Shown here piece after piece: positions 52,789 to 64,000 of a DNA stretch of 64,000 bases. How positions within the stretch are numbered: position 1 is the first letter of the stretch; every line of letters starts with the position of its first letter. The notes under the pieces are model-generated. The model searched no databases. It saw only the letters and a list, made by a program, of their open reading frames with translations, and was not told where the DNA came from. The stretch is from Nemertoderma westbladi (taxonomy: Eukaryota > Animalia > Xenacoelomorpha), in assembly GCA_032718475.1 (NCBI GenBank), contig JAUCBJ010009092.1:184337-248336 (forward strand), read 5' to 3'. Position numbers and translations under genes: made by a program.

Positions 52789-54112
52789 ACTAAACCTACT
52801 GTACATGGACTGGACTTACAATATATGTACCTAAACCTACTGTACATGGACTGGACTTACAATATATGTACCTACCTAAACCTACTGTACATGGACTGGA
52901 CTTACAATATATGTACCTAAACCTACTGTACATGGACTGGACTTACAATATATATATCTAAACCTACTGTACATGGACTGGACTTACAATATATGTACCT
53001 ACCTAAACCTACTGTACATGGACTGGACTTACAATATATGTACCTAAACCTACTGTATATGGACTGGATTTACAATATATGTACCTAAACCTACTGTACA
53101 TGGACTGGACTTACAATATATGTACCTAAACCTACTGTACATGGAATGGACTTACAATATATGTACCTAAACCTACTGTACATGGACTGGACTTACAATA
53201 TATATATCTAAACCTACTGTACATGGACTGGACTTACAATATATGTACCTACCTAAACCTACTGTACATGGACTGGACTTACAATATATGTACCTAAACC
53301 TACTGTACATGGACTGGACTTACAATATATGTACCTAAACCTACTGTACATGGACTGGACTTACAATATATGTACCTAAACCTACTGTACATGGAATGGA
53401 CTTACAATATATGTACCTAAACCTACTGTACATGGACTGGACTTACAATATATATATCTAAACCTACTGTACATGGACTGGACTTACAATATATGTACCT
53501 AAACCTACTGTACATGGACTGGACTTACAATATATGTACCTAAACCTACTGTACATGGAATGGACTTACAATATATGTACCTAAACCTACTGTACATGGA
53601 CTGGACTTACAATATATGTACATAAACCTACTGTACATGGACTGGACTTACAATATATGTACCTAAACCTACTGTACATGGACTGGACTTACAATATATG
53701 TACCTAAACCTACTGTACATGGACTGGACTTACAATATATGTACCTAAACCTACTGTACATGGAATGGACTTACAATATATGTACCTAAACCTACTGTAC
53801 ATGGACTGGACTTACAATATATATATCTAAACCTACTGTACATGGACTGGACTTACAATTTATGTACCTAAACCTACTGTATATGGACTGGACTTACAAT
53901 TTATGTACCTAAACCTACTGTACATGGACTAGACTTACAATATATGTACCTAAACCTACTGTACATGGACTGGACTTACAATTTATGTACCTAAACCTAC
54001 TGTATATGGACTGGACTTACAATATATGTACCTAAACCTACTGTACATGGACTGGACTTACAATATATATACCTAAACCTACTGTACATGGACTGGACTT
54101 ACAATATATATA
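52789..54112. repeat. 41-bp tandem repeat (TAAACCTACTGTACATGGACTGGACTTACAATATATGTACC)n, ~32 units
   Basis: Unit read directly; occasional 45-bp variants. Confidence 0.97.
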
Positions 54113-54239
54113 TACAATATCCAATTCAGTAGGTTCGTGGCAAAATGCAGTGGCTTCGATTAGGGGAAATAAGTTTTAGAACCAAATATTTTTAGTCCTT
54201 CTTAACCTGATTAACGTATATCATTGCGTATCGTGCGAA

Positions 54240-54642
54240 ATGCATTATATCGTTTTTATCGTTAAACAAATAGAAATCGAACTCCATTGCTTTAAATATA
54301 TATTTAATAGAATATATTTCACTGAGTATCTCGTTGAAGACTTCTTCGAGAAACACCCCTTAATGTTTAACTCAGAAGAGATTAACGCTTACAAGGAACA
54401 TAGATCTGAACGAATTTTACCAACCAGGGATATGAACTTGGTCCTGCGTTCACAAGTTCTTCTTGGAAAGGTACGAGGCAGCTGAACAAGCATGTTGTGT
54501 GTGACCCGCACAACGGCGCACGGTTGTCTTCATCGTCTGTGCACCAATAAAGTCCCTTATCACGAACGCTCTAATCTGTGTTTTTGTCAATTCTGTGGGT
54601 CTAACGCAGAAAACCTTTATCATATATTATCTTGTCCAACTT
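54240..54642 (+). mobile_element. Possible decayed LINE ORF2 C-terminus with a CCHC zinc knuckle
   Basis: ORFs 54240-54485 and 54492- are in the same frame, separated by one TGA. CQFCGSNAENLYHILSCP (C-X2-C-X8-H-X3-C) is at 54585-54638. Confidence 0.5.
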
Positions 54643-57600
54643 GCCCTCGACTGTCTATACTTCCTCCACTAGAGAATCATCCCCACCGCCCTCGACTGTC
54701 TATACTTCCTCCACTAGAGAATAATCCCCACCGCCCTCGACTGTCTATACTTCCTCCACTAGAGAATAATCCCCACCGCCCTCGACTGTCTATACTTCCT
54801 CCACTAGAGAATAATCCCCACCGCCCTCGACTGTCTATACTTCCTCCACTAGAGAATAATCCCCACCGCCCTCGACTGTCTATACTTCCTCCACTAGAGA
54901 ATAATCCCCACCGCCCTCGACTGTCTATACTTCCTCCACTAGAGAATAATCCCCACCGCCCTCGACTGTCTATACTTCCTCCACTAGAGAATAATCCCCA
55001 CCGCCCTCGACTGTCTATACTTCCTCCACTAGAGAATAATCCCCACCGCCCTCGACTGTCTATACTTCCTCCACTAGAGAATCATCCCCACCGCCCTCGA
55101 CTGTCTATACTTCCTCCACTAGAGAATAATCCCCACCGCCCTCGACTGTCTATACTTCCTCCACTAGAGAATAATCCCCACCACCCTCGACTGTCTATAC
55201 TTCCTCCACTAGAGAATAATCCCCACCGCCCTCGACTGTCTATACTTCCTCCACTAGAGAATAATCCCCACCGCCCTCGACTGTCTATACTTCCTCCACT
55301 AGAGAATAATCCCCACCGCCCTCGACTGTCTATACTTCCTCCACTAGAGAATAATCCCCACCGCCCTCGACTGTCTATACTTCCTCCACTAGAGAATAAT
55401 CCCCACCGCCCTCGACTGTCTATACTTCCTCCACTAGAGAATAATCCCCACCGCCCTCGACTGTCTATACTTCCTCCACTAGAGAATAATCCCCACCGCC
55501 CTCGACTGTCTATACTTCCTCCACTAGAGAATAATCCCCACCGCCCTCGACTGTCTATACTTCCTCCACTAGAGAATAATCCCCACCGCCCTCGACTGTC
55601 TATACTTCTTCCACTAGAGAATAATCCCCACCGCCCTCGACTGTCTATACTTCCTCCACTAGAGAATAATCCCCACCGCCCTCGACTGTCTATACTTCCT
55701 CCACTAGAGAATAATCCCCACCGCCCTCGACTGTCTATACTTCCTCCACTAGAGAATAATCCCCACCGCCCTCGACTGTCTATACTTCCTCCACTAGACA
55801 ATAATCCCGACCGCGCCCTCGACTGTCTATAATTCCTCCACTAGAGAATAATCCCCACCGCCCTCGACTGTCTATACTTCCTCCACTAGAGAATAATCCC
55901 CACCGCCCTCGACTGTCTATACTTCCTCCACTAGAGAATAATCCCCACCGCCCTCGACTGTCTATACTTCCTCCACTAGAGAATAATCCCCACCGTCCTC
56001 GACTGTCTATACTTCCTCCACTAGAGAATCATCCCCACCGCCCTCGACTGTCTATACTTCCTCCACTAGAGAATAATCCCCACCGCCCTCGACTGTCTAT
56101 ACTTCCTCCACTAGAGAATAATCCCCACCGCCCTCGACTGTCTATACTTCCTCCACTAGAGAATAATCCCCACCGCCCTCGACTGTCTATACTTCCTCCA
56201 CTAGAGAATAATCCCCACCGCCCTCGACTGTCTATACTTCCTCCACTAGAGAATAATCCCCACCGCCCTCGACTGTCTATACTTCCTCCACTAGAGAATA
56301 ATCCCCACCGCCCTCGACTGTCTATACTTCCTCCACTAGAGAATAATCCCCACCGCCCTCGACTGTCTATACTTCCTCCACTAGAGAATAATCCCCACCG
56401 CCCTCGACTGTCTATACTTCTTCCACTAGAGAATAATCTCCAACGCCCTCGACTGTCTATACTTCCTCCACTAGAGAATAATCCCCAACGCCCTCGACTG
56501 TCTATACTTCCTCCACTAGAGAATAATCCCCACCACCCTCGACTGTCTATACTTCCTCCACTAGAGAATAATCCCCAACGCCCTCGACTGTCTATACTTC
56601 CTCCACTAGAGAATAATCCCCACCACCCTCGACTGTCTATACTTCCTCTACTAGAGAATAATCCCCACCGCCCTCGACTGTCTATACTTCCTCCACTAGA
56701 GAATAATCCCCACCGCCCTCGACTGTCTATACTTCCTCCACTAGAGAATAATCCCCACCTCCCTCGACTGTCTATACTTCCTCCACTAGAGAATAATCCC
56801 CACCGCCCTCGACTGTCTATACTTCCTCCACTAGACAATAATCCCGACCGCGCCCTCGACTGTCTATAATTCCTCCACTAGAGAATAATCCCCACCGCCC
56901 TCGACTGTCTATACGTCCTCCACTAGAGAATAATCCCCACCGCCCTCGACTGTCTATACTTCCTCCACTAGAGAATAATCCCCACCGCCCTCGACTGTCT
57001 ATACTTCCTCCACTAGAGAATAATCCCCAACGTCCTCGACTGTCTATACTTCCTCCACTAGAGAATCATCCCCACCGCCCTCGACTGTCTATACTTCCTC
57101 CACTAGAGAATAATCCCCACCGCCCTCGACTGTCTATACTTCCTCCACTAGAGAATAATCCCCACCGCCCTCGACTGTCTATACTTCCTCCACTAGAGAA
57201 TAATCCCCACCGCCCTCGACTGTCTATACTTCCTCCACTAGAGAATAATCCCCACCGCTCTCGACTGTCTATACTTCCTCCACTAGAGAATAATCCCCAC
57301 CGCCCTCGACTGTCTATACTTCCTCCACTAGAGAATAATCCCCACCGCTCTCGACTGTCTATACTTCCTCCACTAGAGAATAATCCCCACCGCCCTCGAC
57401 TGTCTATACTTCCTCCACTAGAGAATAATCCCCACCGCCCTCGACTGTCTATACTTCCTCCACTAGACAATAATCCCGACCGCGCCCTCGACTGTCTATA
57501 ATTCCTCCACTAGAGAATAATCCCCACCGCCCTCGACTGTCTATACTTCCTCCACTAGAGAATAATCCCCACCGTCCTCGACTGTCTATACTTCCTCCAC

Positions 57601-58021
57601 TGGAGAATCATCCCCACCGCCCTCGACTGTCTATACTTCCTCCACTAGAGAATAATCCCCACCGCCCTCGACTGTCTATACTTCCTCCACTAGAGAATAA
57701 TCCCCACCGCCCTCGACTGTCTATACTTCTTCCACTAGAGAATAATCTCCAACGCCCTCGACTGTCTATACTTCCTCCACTAGAGAATAATCCCCAACGC
57801 CCTCGACTGTCTATACTTCCTCCACTAGAGAATAATCCCCACCACCCTCGACTGTCTATACTTCCTCCACTAGAGAATAATCCCCACCGCCCTCGACTGT
57901 CTATACTTCCTCCACTAGAGAATAATCCCCACCGCCCTCGACTGTCTATACTTCCTCCACTAGAGAATAATCCCCACCGCCCTCGACTGTCTATACTTCC
58001 TCCACTAGAGAATAATCCCCA
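54643..58021. repeat. 45-bp tandem repeat (GCCCTCGACTGTCTATACTTCCTCCACTAGAGAATAATCCCCACC)n, ~75 units, highly homogeneous
   Basis: Unit read directly. A diagnostic 47-bp variant (GACAATAATCCCGACCGCG...ATAATT) recurs at ~55797, 56834 and 57466. Confidence 0.98.
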
Positions 58022-58085
58022 TATCTTCTTCAAAAAATACAAAAATAGATTTGTAATATTTAAAGTTTCTTTCTTTTCTATTCGG

Positions 58086-58702
58086 ATTATATTACATATG
58101 TTTTACATTATATTACATATGTTTTACATTATATTACATATGTTTTATATTATATTACATATTTTTTACATTATATTACATATGTTTTATAATATATTAC
58201 ATATGTTTTATATTATATTACATATGTTTTACATTATATTACATATGTTTTACATTATATTACATATGTTTTATATTATATTACATATGTTTTACATTAT
58301 ATTACATATGTTTTATAATATATTACATATGTTTTATATTATATTACATATGTTTTACATTATATTACATATGTTTTACATTATATTACATATGTTTTAT
58401 ATTATATTACATATGTTTTATATTATATTACATATGTTTTATATTATATTACATATGTTTTATATTATATTACATATGTTTTATATTATATTACATATGT
58501 TTTACATTATATTACATATGTTTTATATTATATTACATATGTTTTATATTATATTACATATGTTTTATATTATATTACATATGTTTTACATTATATTACA
58601 TATGTTTTACATTATATTACATATGTTTTATATTATATTACATATGTTTTATATTATATTACATATGTTTTATATTATATTACATATGTTTTATATTATA
58701 TA
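58086..58702. repeat. 21-bp AT-rich tandem repeat (ATTATATTACATATGTTTTAY)n, ~29 units
   Basis: Unit read directly. Confidence 0.97.
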
Positions 58703-59194
58703 ACAGAAGTTTTATATTGTATACAACAAGTGTTATATAACCCTAATAGAAAACAATGGCAACTGTCAATAAACAACGTTATAACAGCTATAATATCTGT
58801 TGTAACTCTTTGTTTATTTGCTGCTGTATTATTGGTTGTATTATTATCAAAATGTTTATCGAATTAAATTAAAGTAGCGTTGTAATAACTATTTATTAGA
58901 AGGGGAGGACCTATCATTTCGAAAACCTAAATCCAGACATTATTATGGATTTTGGTATTCAAATGAGAAGAAGATATTGGTTCAGTTATTTACTAAGAAA
59001 ATAGTAAAAATGCATCACATAAAATTATAATTCGGAACAATTTCTTATGAAACACCAAGATAAATATTATTAAACCCAAATACCGCCTCTACATCTTTAT
59101 TTTAATAGGAGAACTAATAATATAGATAACATGCAGACAAATAAGGAACGCAGATTGTATAGGACTCTCGGCCTCGGGCCCACAACTCCAACTC

Positions 59195-62100
59195 CAGTTA
59201 TACTGCGGTTGACCCTCAGTTATACTGTGGTTGACCCTCGTAGTTATACTGTGGTTGACCGTCAGTTATACTGTGGTTGACCGTCAGTTATAATGTGGTT
59301 GACCCGCAGTTATACTGTGGATGACATTCAGTTATACTGCGGTTGACCCGCAGTTATACTGTGGTTTTAACTCTCGCGGTTATACTGTGGTTGACACTCA
59401 GTTATACTGTGGTTAACCCTCACAGTTATACTGTCGTTGACCCTCGCAGTTATACTGTGGTTGACCCTCAGTTATATTGTGGTTGACCCTCAGTTATACT
59501 GTGGTTGACCCTCAGTTCTACTGTGGTTGACCCTCGCGGTTATACTGTGGTTGACCCTCAGTTAGACTGTGGTTGACCCTCAGTTATACTGTGGTTGACC
59601 GTCAGTTATACTGTGGTTGACCGTCAGTTATACTGTGGTTGACCGTCAGTTATACTGTGGTTGACCGTCAGTTATACTGTGGTTGACCGTCAGTTATACT
59701 GTGGTTGACCCTCAGTTATACTGTGGTTGACCCTCAGTTATACTGTGGTTGACCGTCAGTTATACTGTGGTTGACCCGCAGTTATACTGTGGTTAACCCT
59801 CACAGTTCTACTGTGGTTGACCCTCGTAGTTATACTGTGGATGACATTCAGTTATACTGTGGTTGACCCTCAGTTATACTGTGGTTGACCCTCAGTTATA
59901 CTGTGGTTGACCCGCAGTTATACTGTGGTTGACCCTCAGTTCTACTGTGGTTGACCCTCGTAGTTATACTGTGGTTGACTTTCAATTATACTGTGGTTGA
60001 CTCTCAGTTATACTGCGGTTGACCCTCAGTTCTACTGTGGTTGACCCTCACAGTTATACTGTCGTTGACCCTCGCAGTTATACTGTGGTTGACCCTCAGT
60101 TATATTGTGGTTGACCCTCAGTTATACTGTGGTTGACCCTCAGTTCTACTGTGGTTGACCCTCGTAGTTATACTGTGGTTGACATTCAGTTATAGACCCT
60201 CAGTTATACTGTGGTTGACCCTCACAGTTATACTGTCGTTGACCCTCGCAGTTATACTGTGGTTGACCCTCAGTTATATTGTGGTTGACCCTCAGTTATA
60301 CTGTGGTTGACCCTCAGTTCTACTGTGGTTGACCGTCGTAGTTATACTGTGGTTGACATTCAGTTATACTGTGGTTGACCCGCAGTTATACTGTGGATGA
60401 CCCTTTAGTTATACTGTGGTTGACCCGCAGTTATACTGTGGTTGACCCGCAGTTATACTGTGGATGACCCTCAGTTATACTGTGGTTGACCGTCGTAGTT
60501 ATACTGTGGTTGACATTCAGTTATACTGTGGTTGACTCTCAGTTATACTGTGGTTGACCCTCAGTTATACTGTGGTTGACCCTCGCAGTTATACTGTGGT
60601 TGACCCGCAGTTATACTGTGGTTGACCCTCAGTTATACTGTGGTTGACCCTCAGTTCTACTGTGGTTGACCCTCAGTTCTACTGAGGTTGACCCTCAGTT
60701 ATACTGTGGTTGACCCTCGTAGTTATACTGTGGATGACCCTCAGTTATACTGTGGTTGACCCGCAGTTATACTGTGGTTGACCCTCGCAGTTATACTGTG
60801 GTTGACCCTCAGTTATATTGTGGTTGACCGTCAGTTATACTGTGGTTGACCCGCAGTTATACTGTGGTTGACCCGCAGTTATACTGTGGTTGACCCTCGC
60901 AGTTATACTGTGGTTAACCCTCGCAGTTATACTGTGGTTGACCCTCGCAGTTATACTGTGGTTGACCCGCAGTTATACTGTGGTTGACCCGCAGTTATAC
61001 TGTGGTTGACCCTCGCAGTTATACTGTGGTTGACCCTCAGTTCTACTGTGGTTGACCCTCAGTTCTACTGTGGTTGACCCTCAGTTATACTGTGGTTGAC
61101 CCTCGCAGTTATACTGTGGTTGACCCTCAGTTCTACTGTGGTTGACCCTCAGTTATACTGTGGTTGACCCTCGCAGTTATACTGTGGTTGACCCTCAGTT
61201 CTACTGTGGTTGACCCTCAGTTATACTGTGGTTGACCCGCAGTTATACTGTGGTTGACCCGCAGTTATACTGTGGTTGACCCTCGCAGTTATACTGTGGT
61301 TGACCCGCAGTTATACTGTGGTTGACCTTTAGTTATACTGTGGTTGACAATCAGTTATACTGTGGTTGACCCGCAGTTATACTGTGGTTGACCCTCAGTT
61401 ATACTGTGGTTGACCCGCAGTTATACTGTGGTTGACCCGCAGTTATACTGTGGTTGACCCTCGCAGTTATACTGTGGTTGACCCTCAGTTCTACTGTGGT
61501 TGACCCTCAGTTATACTGTGGTTGACCCTCGCAGTTATACTGTGGTTGACCCTCAGTTCTACTGTGGTTGACCCTCAGTTATACTGTGGTTGACCCTCGC
61601 AGTTATACTGTGGTTGACCCTCAGTTCTACTGTGGTTGACCCTCAGTTATACTGTGGTTGACCCGCAGTTATACTGTGGTTGACCCGCAGTTATACTGTG
61701 GTTGACCCTCGCAGTTATACTGTGGTTGACCCGCAGTTATACTGTGGTTGACCCTCAGTTATACTGTGGTTGACCCGCAGTTATACTGTGGTTGACCCGC
61801 AGTTATACTGTGGTTGACCCTCAGTTATACTGTCGTTGACCCTCGCAGTTATACTGTGGTTGACCCTCAGTTCTACTGTGGTTGACCCTCAGTTATACTG
61901 TGGTTGACCCGCAGTTATACTGTGGTTGACCCGCAGTTATACTGTGGTTGACCCTCGCAGTTATACTGTGGTTGACCCGCAGTTATACTGTGGTTGACCC
62001 GCAGTTATACTGTGGTTGACCCTCGCAGTTATACTGTGGTTGACCCGCAGTTATACTGTGGTTGACCCTCGCAGTTATACTGTGGTTGACCCGCAGTTAT

Positions 62101-63165
62101 ACTGTGGTTGACCCTCAGTTATACTGTGGTTGACCCTCAGTTCTACTGTGGTTGACCCTCAGTTATACTGTGGTTGACCCGCAGTTATACTGTGGTTGAC
62201 CCTCAGTTATACTGTGGTTGACCCTCGCAGTTATACTGTGGTTGACCCTCAGTTCTACTGTGGTTGACCCTCAGTTATACTGTGGTTGACCCTCAGTTAT
62301 ACTGTGGTTGACCCGCAGTTATACTGTGGTTGACCCGCAGTTATACTGTGGTTGACCCTCGCAGTTATACTGTGGTTGACCCTCAGTTCTACTGTGGTTG
62401 ACCCTCAGTTCTACTGTGGTTGACCCTCAGTTATACTGTGGTTGACCCTCGCAGTTATACTGTGGTTGACCCTCAGTTATACTGTGGTTGACCCTCGCAG
62501 TTATACTGTGGTTGACCCTCAGTTCTACTGTGGTTGACCCTCAGTTATACTGTGGTTGACCCGCAGTTATACTGTGGTTGACCCGCAGTTATACTGTGGT
62601 TGACCCTCGCAGTTATACTGTGGTTGACCCGCAGTTATACTGTGGTTGACCTTTAGTTATACTGTGGTTGACCCTCAGTTATACTGTGGTTGACCCGCAG
62701 TTATACTGTGGTTGACCCTCAGTTATACTGTGGTTGACCCGCAGTTATACTGTGGTTGACCCGCAGTTATACTGTGGTTGACCCTCGCAGTTATACTGTG
62801 GTTGACCCTCAGTTCTACTGTGGTTGACCCTCAGTTATACTGTGGTTGACCCTCGCAGTTATACTGTGGTTGACCCTCAGTTCTACTGTGGTTGACCCTC
62901 AGTTATACTGTGGTTGACCCTCGCAGTTATACTGTGGTTGACCCTCAGTTCTACTGTGGTTGACCCTCAGTTATACTGTGGTTGACCCGCAGTTATACTG
63001 TGGTTGACCCGCAGTTATACTGTGGTTGACCCGCAGTTATACTGTGGTTGACCCTCAGTTATACTGTGGTTGACCCGCAGTTATACTGTGGTTAACCCTC
63101 ACAGTTATACTGTGGTTGACCCTCGCAGTTATACTGTGGTTGACCTTTAGTTATACTGTGGTTGA
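59195..63165. repeat. 22/24-bp satellite (CAGTTATACTGTGGTTGACCCT)n, ~4 kb
   Basis: Unit read directly; variants end in CCCT, CCCG, CCGT or CCCTCG. Confidence 0.98.
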
Positions 63166-64000
63166 TGTTCGCGCTTTTGAAGACCTTTAGCAGTTTAACC
63201 TGCCAAATTTTATGTGTCTTTTAGTTAATTAAAACCACTTTAGCATACGACAATATTTTATGCTAATACGCAAAACATTAGCCGAAGTCAGCCCATGCGC
63301 GATCATTCACCCGATGGATCTACACCCGGGAGACTGAATTCGGATGCTTGAATTGTATTATTACAGTGTAAGGTTGCAGTGTATACCTAATGTATTATTC
63401 GATAGATCGTTAATAATTAATCTCTGACAGATATTATTGGCTTTCGGGAAATATTAACAGTTCCTTTAGGACGTGGCGCTTTATCTATTTAAACAGAACT
63501 AAGACTTATACTAAAACGCAACGATACTGCTTATGATTAAAGTATAAAGCGTATTCTTTAGGAAATACTTTGTTACCAATCACGATCATACACACTATTC
63601 TGCCGACAGTCAGTACATTTGATCACACATAAAGAGAGCAGTAATTGACTCACGTAGGGTCTGCTAAATAACATTGGATTCAATACACACCACATTAATA
63701 TAAATCGCAATTGTTATGTATAGCCGGTCTCTCTAACCTGTAGTGTTATCAAGAAAATTGGGAATTGGGTGATTTATCCGTATTATCCAAATAGCAATAT
63801 TTCCATCAACAAATAGTTACAATTAATAACTGACGGTAAAATAACAGTACAAGCAATATGATTAATGCAGTTAAGATTGATTAAATTGATCGGTAGTTAG
63901 TTAGGTAACAGTTTATACTTTCGATAATTCAAGCAGTTTACAAAAGGCCGATGTTTCTGGCTTAGACAGCAATAACAAAGTATCAAGTAAGAGCAGTAAG

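Noticed and set aside
54492-58703. 446-aa RPRLSILPPLENNPH ORF, SSGGSIDSRGRWGLF ORFs and the MFYIILH ORF
   Set aside because: Translations of 45- and 21-bp arrays whose unit lengths are multiples of three; the 45-bp frames are broken by 47-bp units.
33518-63165. CRISPR-like appearance of the 20-57-bp arrays
   Set aside because: Units are head-to-tail with no unique spacers, there are no cas genes, and the context is eukaryotic.
63166-64000. Unique sequence at the right edge
   Set aside because: No ORF, RNA-gene motif or element terminus recognised.

Overview
Animal (invertebrate-type) nuclear DNA, not prokaryotic. About 55% of the window (~35 kb, summed from the array boundaries) is tandem repeat. 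There are nine arrays with different units (42, 20/60, 20, 55-57, 26, 41, 45, 21 and 22/24 bp). Between them lie four host genes: RAD54L (-), CRAMP1/cramped (+) and a Tctex-1-domain dynein light chain (+), all three with intronless CDSs, and myo-inositol oxygenase MIOX (+), which has a single 8.4-kb intron. Transposon debris is nested. A palindromic hAT-type element with an 8-bp TSD sits inside an RTE-like LINE inside the MIOX intron. A CRE-like RLE retrotransposon 3' end sits inside a CACTA/EnSpm-like non-autonomous element. There is also a 207-bp solo LTR, a DD41D Tc1/mariner remnant and other LINE tails. I cannot support a complete new biological system from this sequence alone. The best leads are the intron-poor genes embedded in locally amplified minisatellites, two possibly related satellites in inverted orientation around MIOX, a long intronic hairpin, and a candidate 125-bp intron flanked by an 11-bp direct repeat. 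All assignments are by motif recognition; no searches were run.
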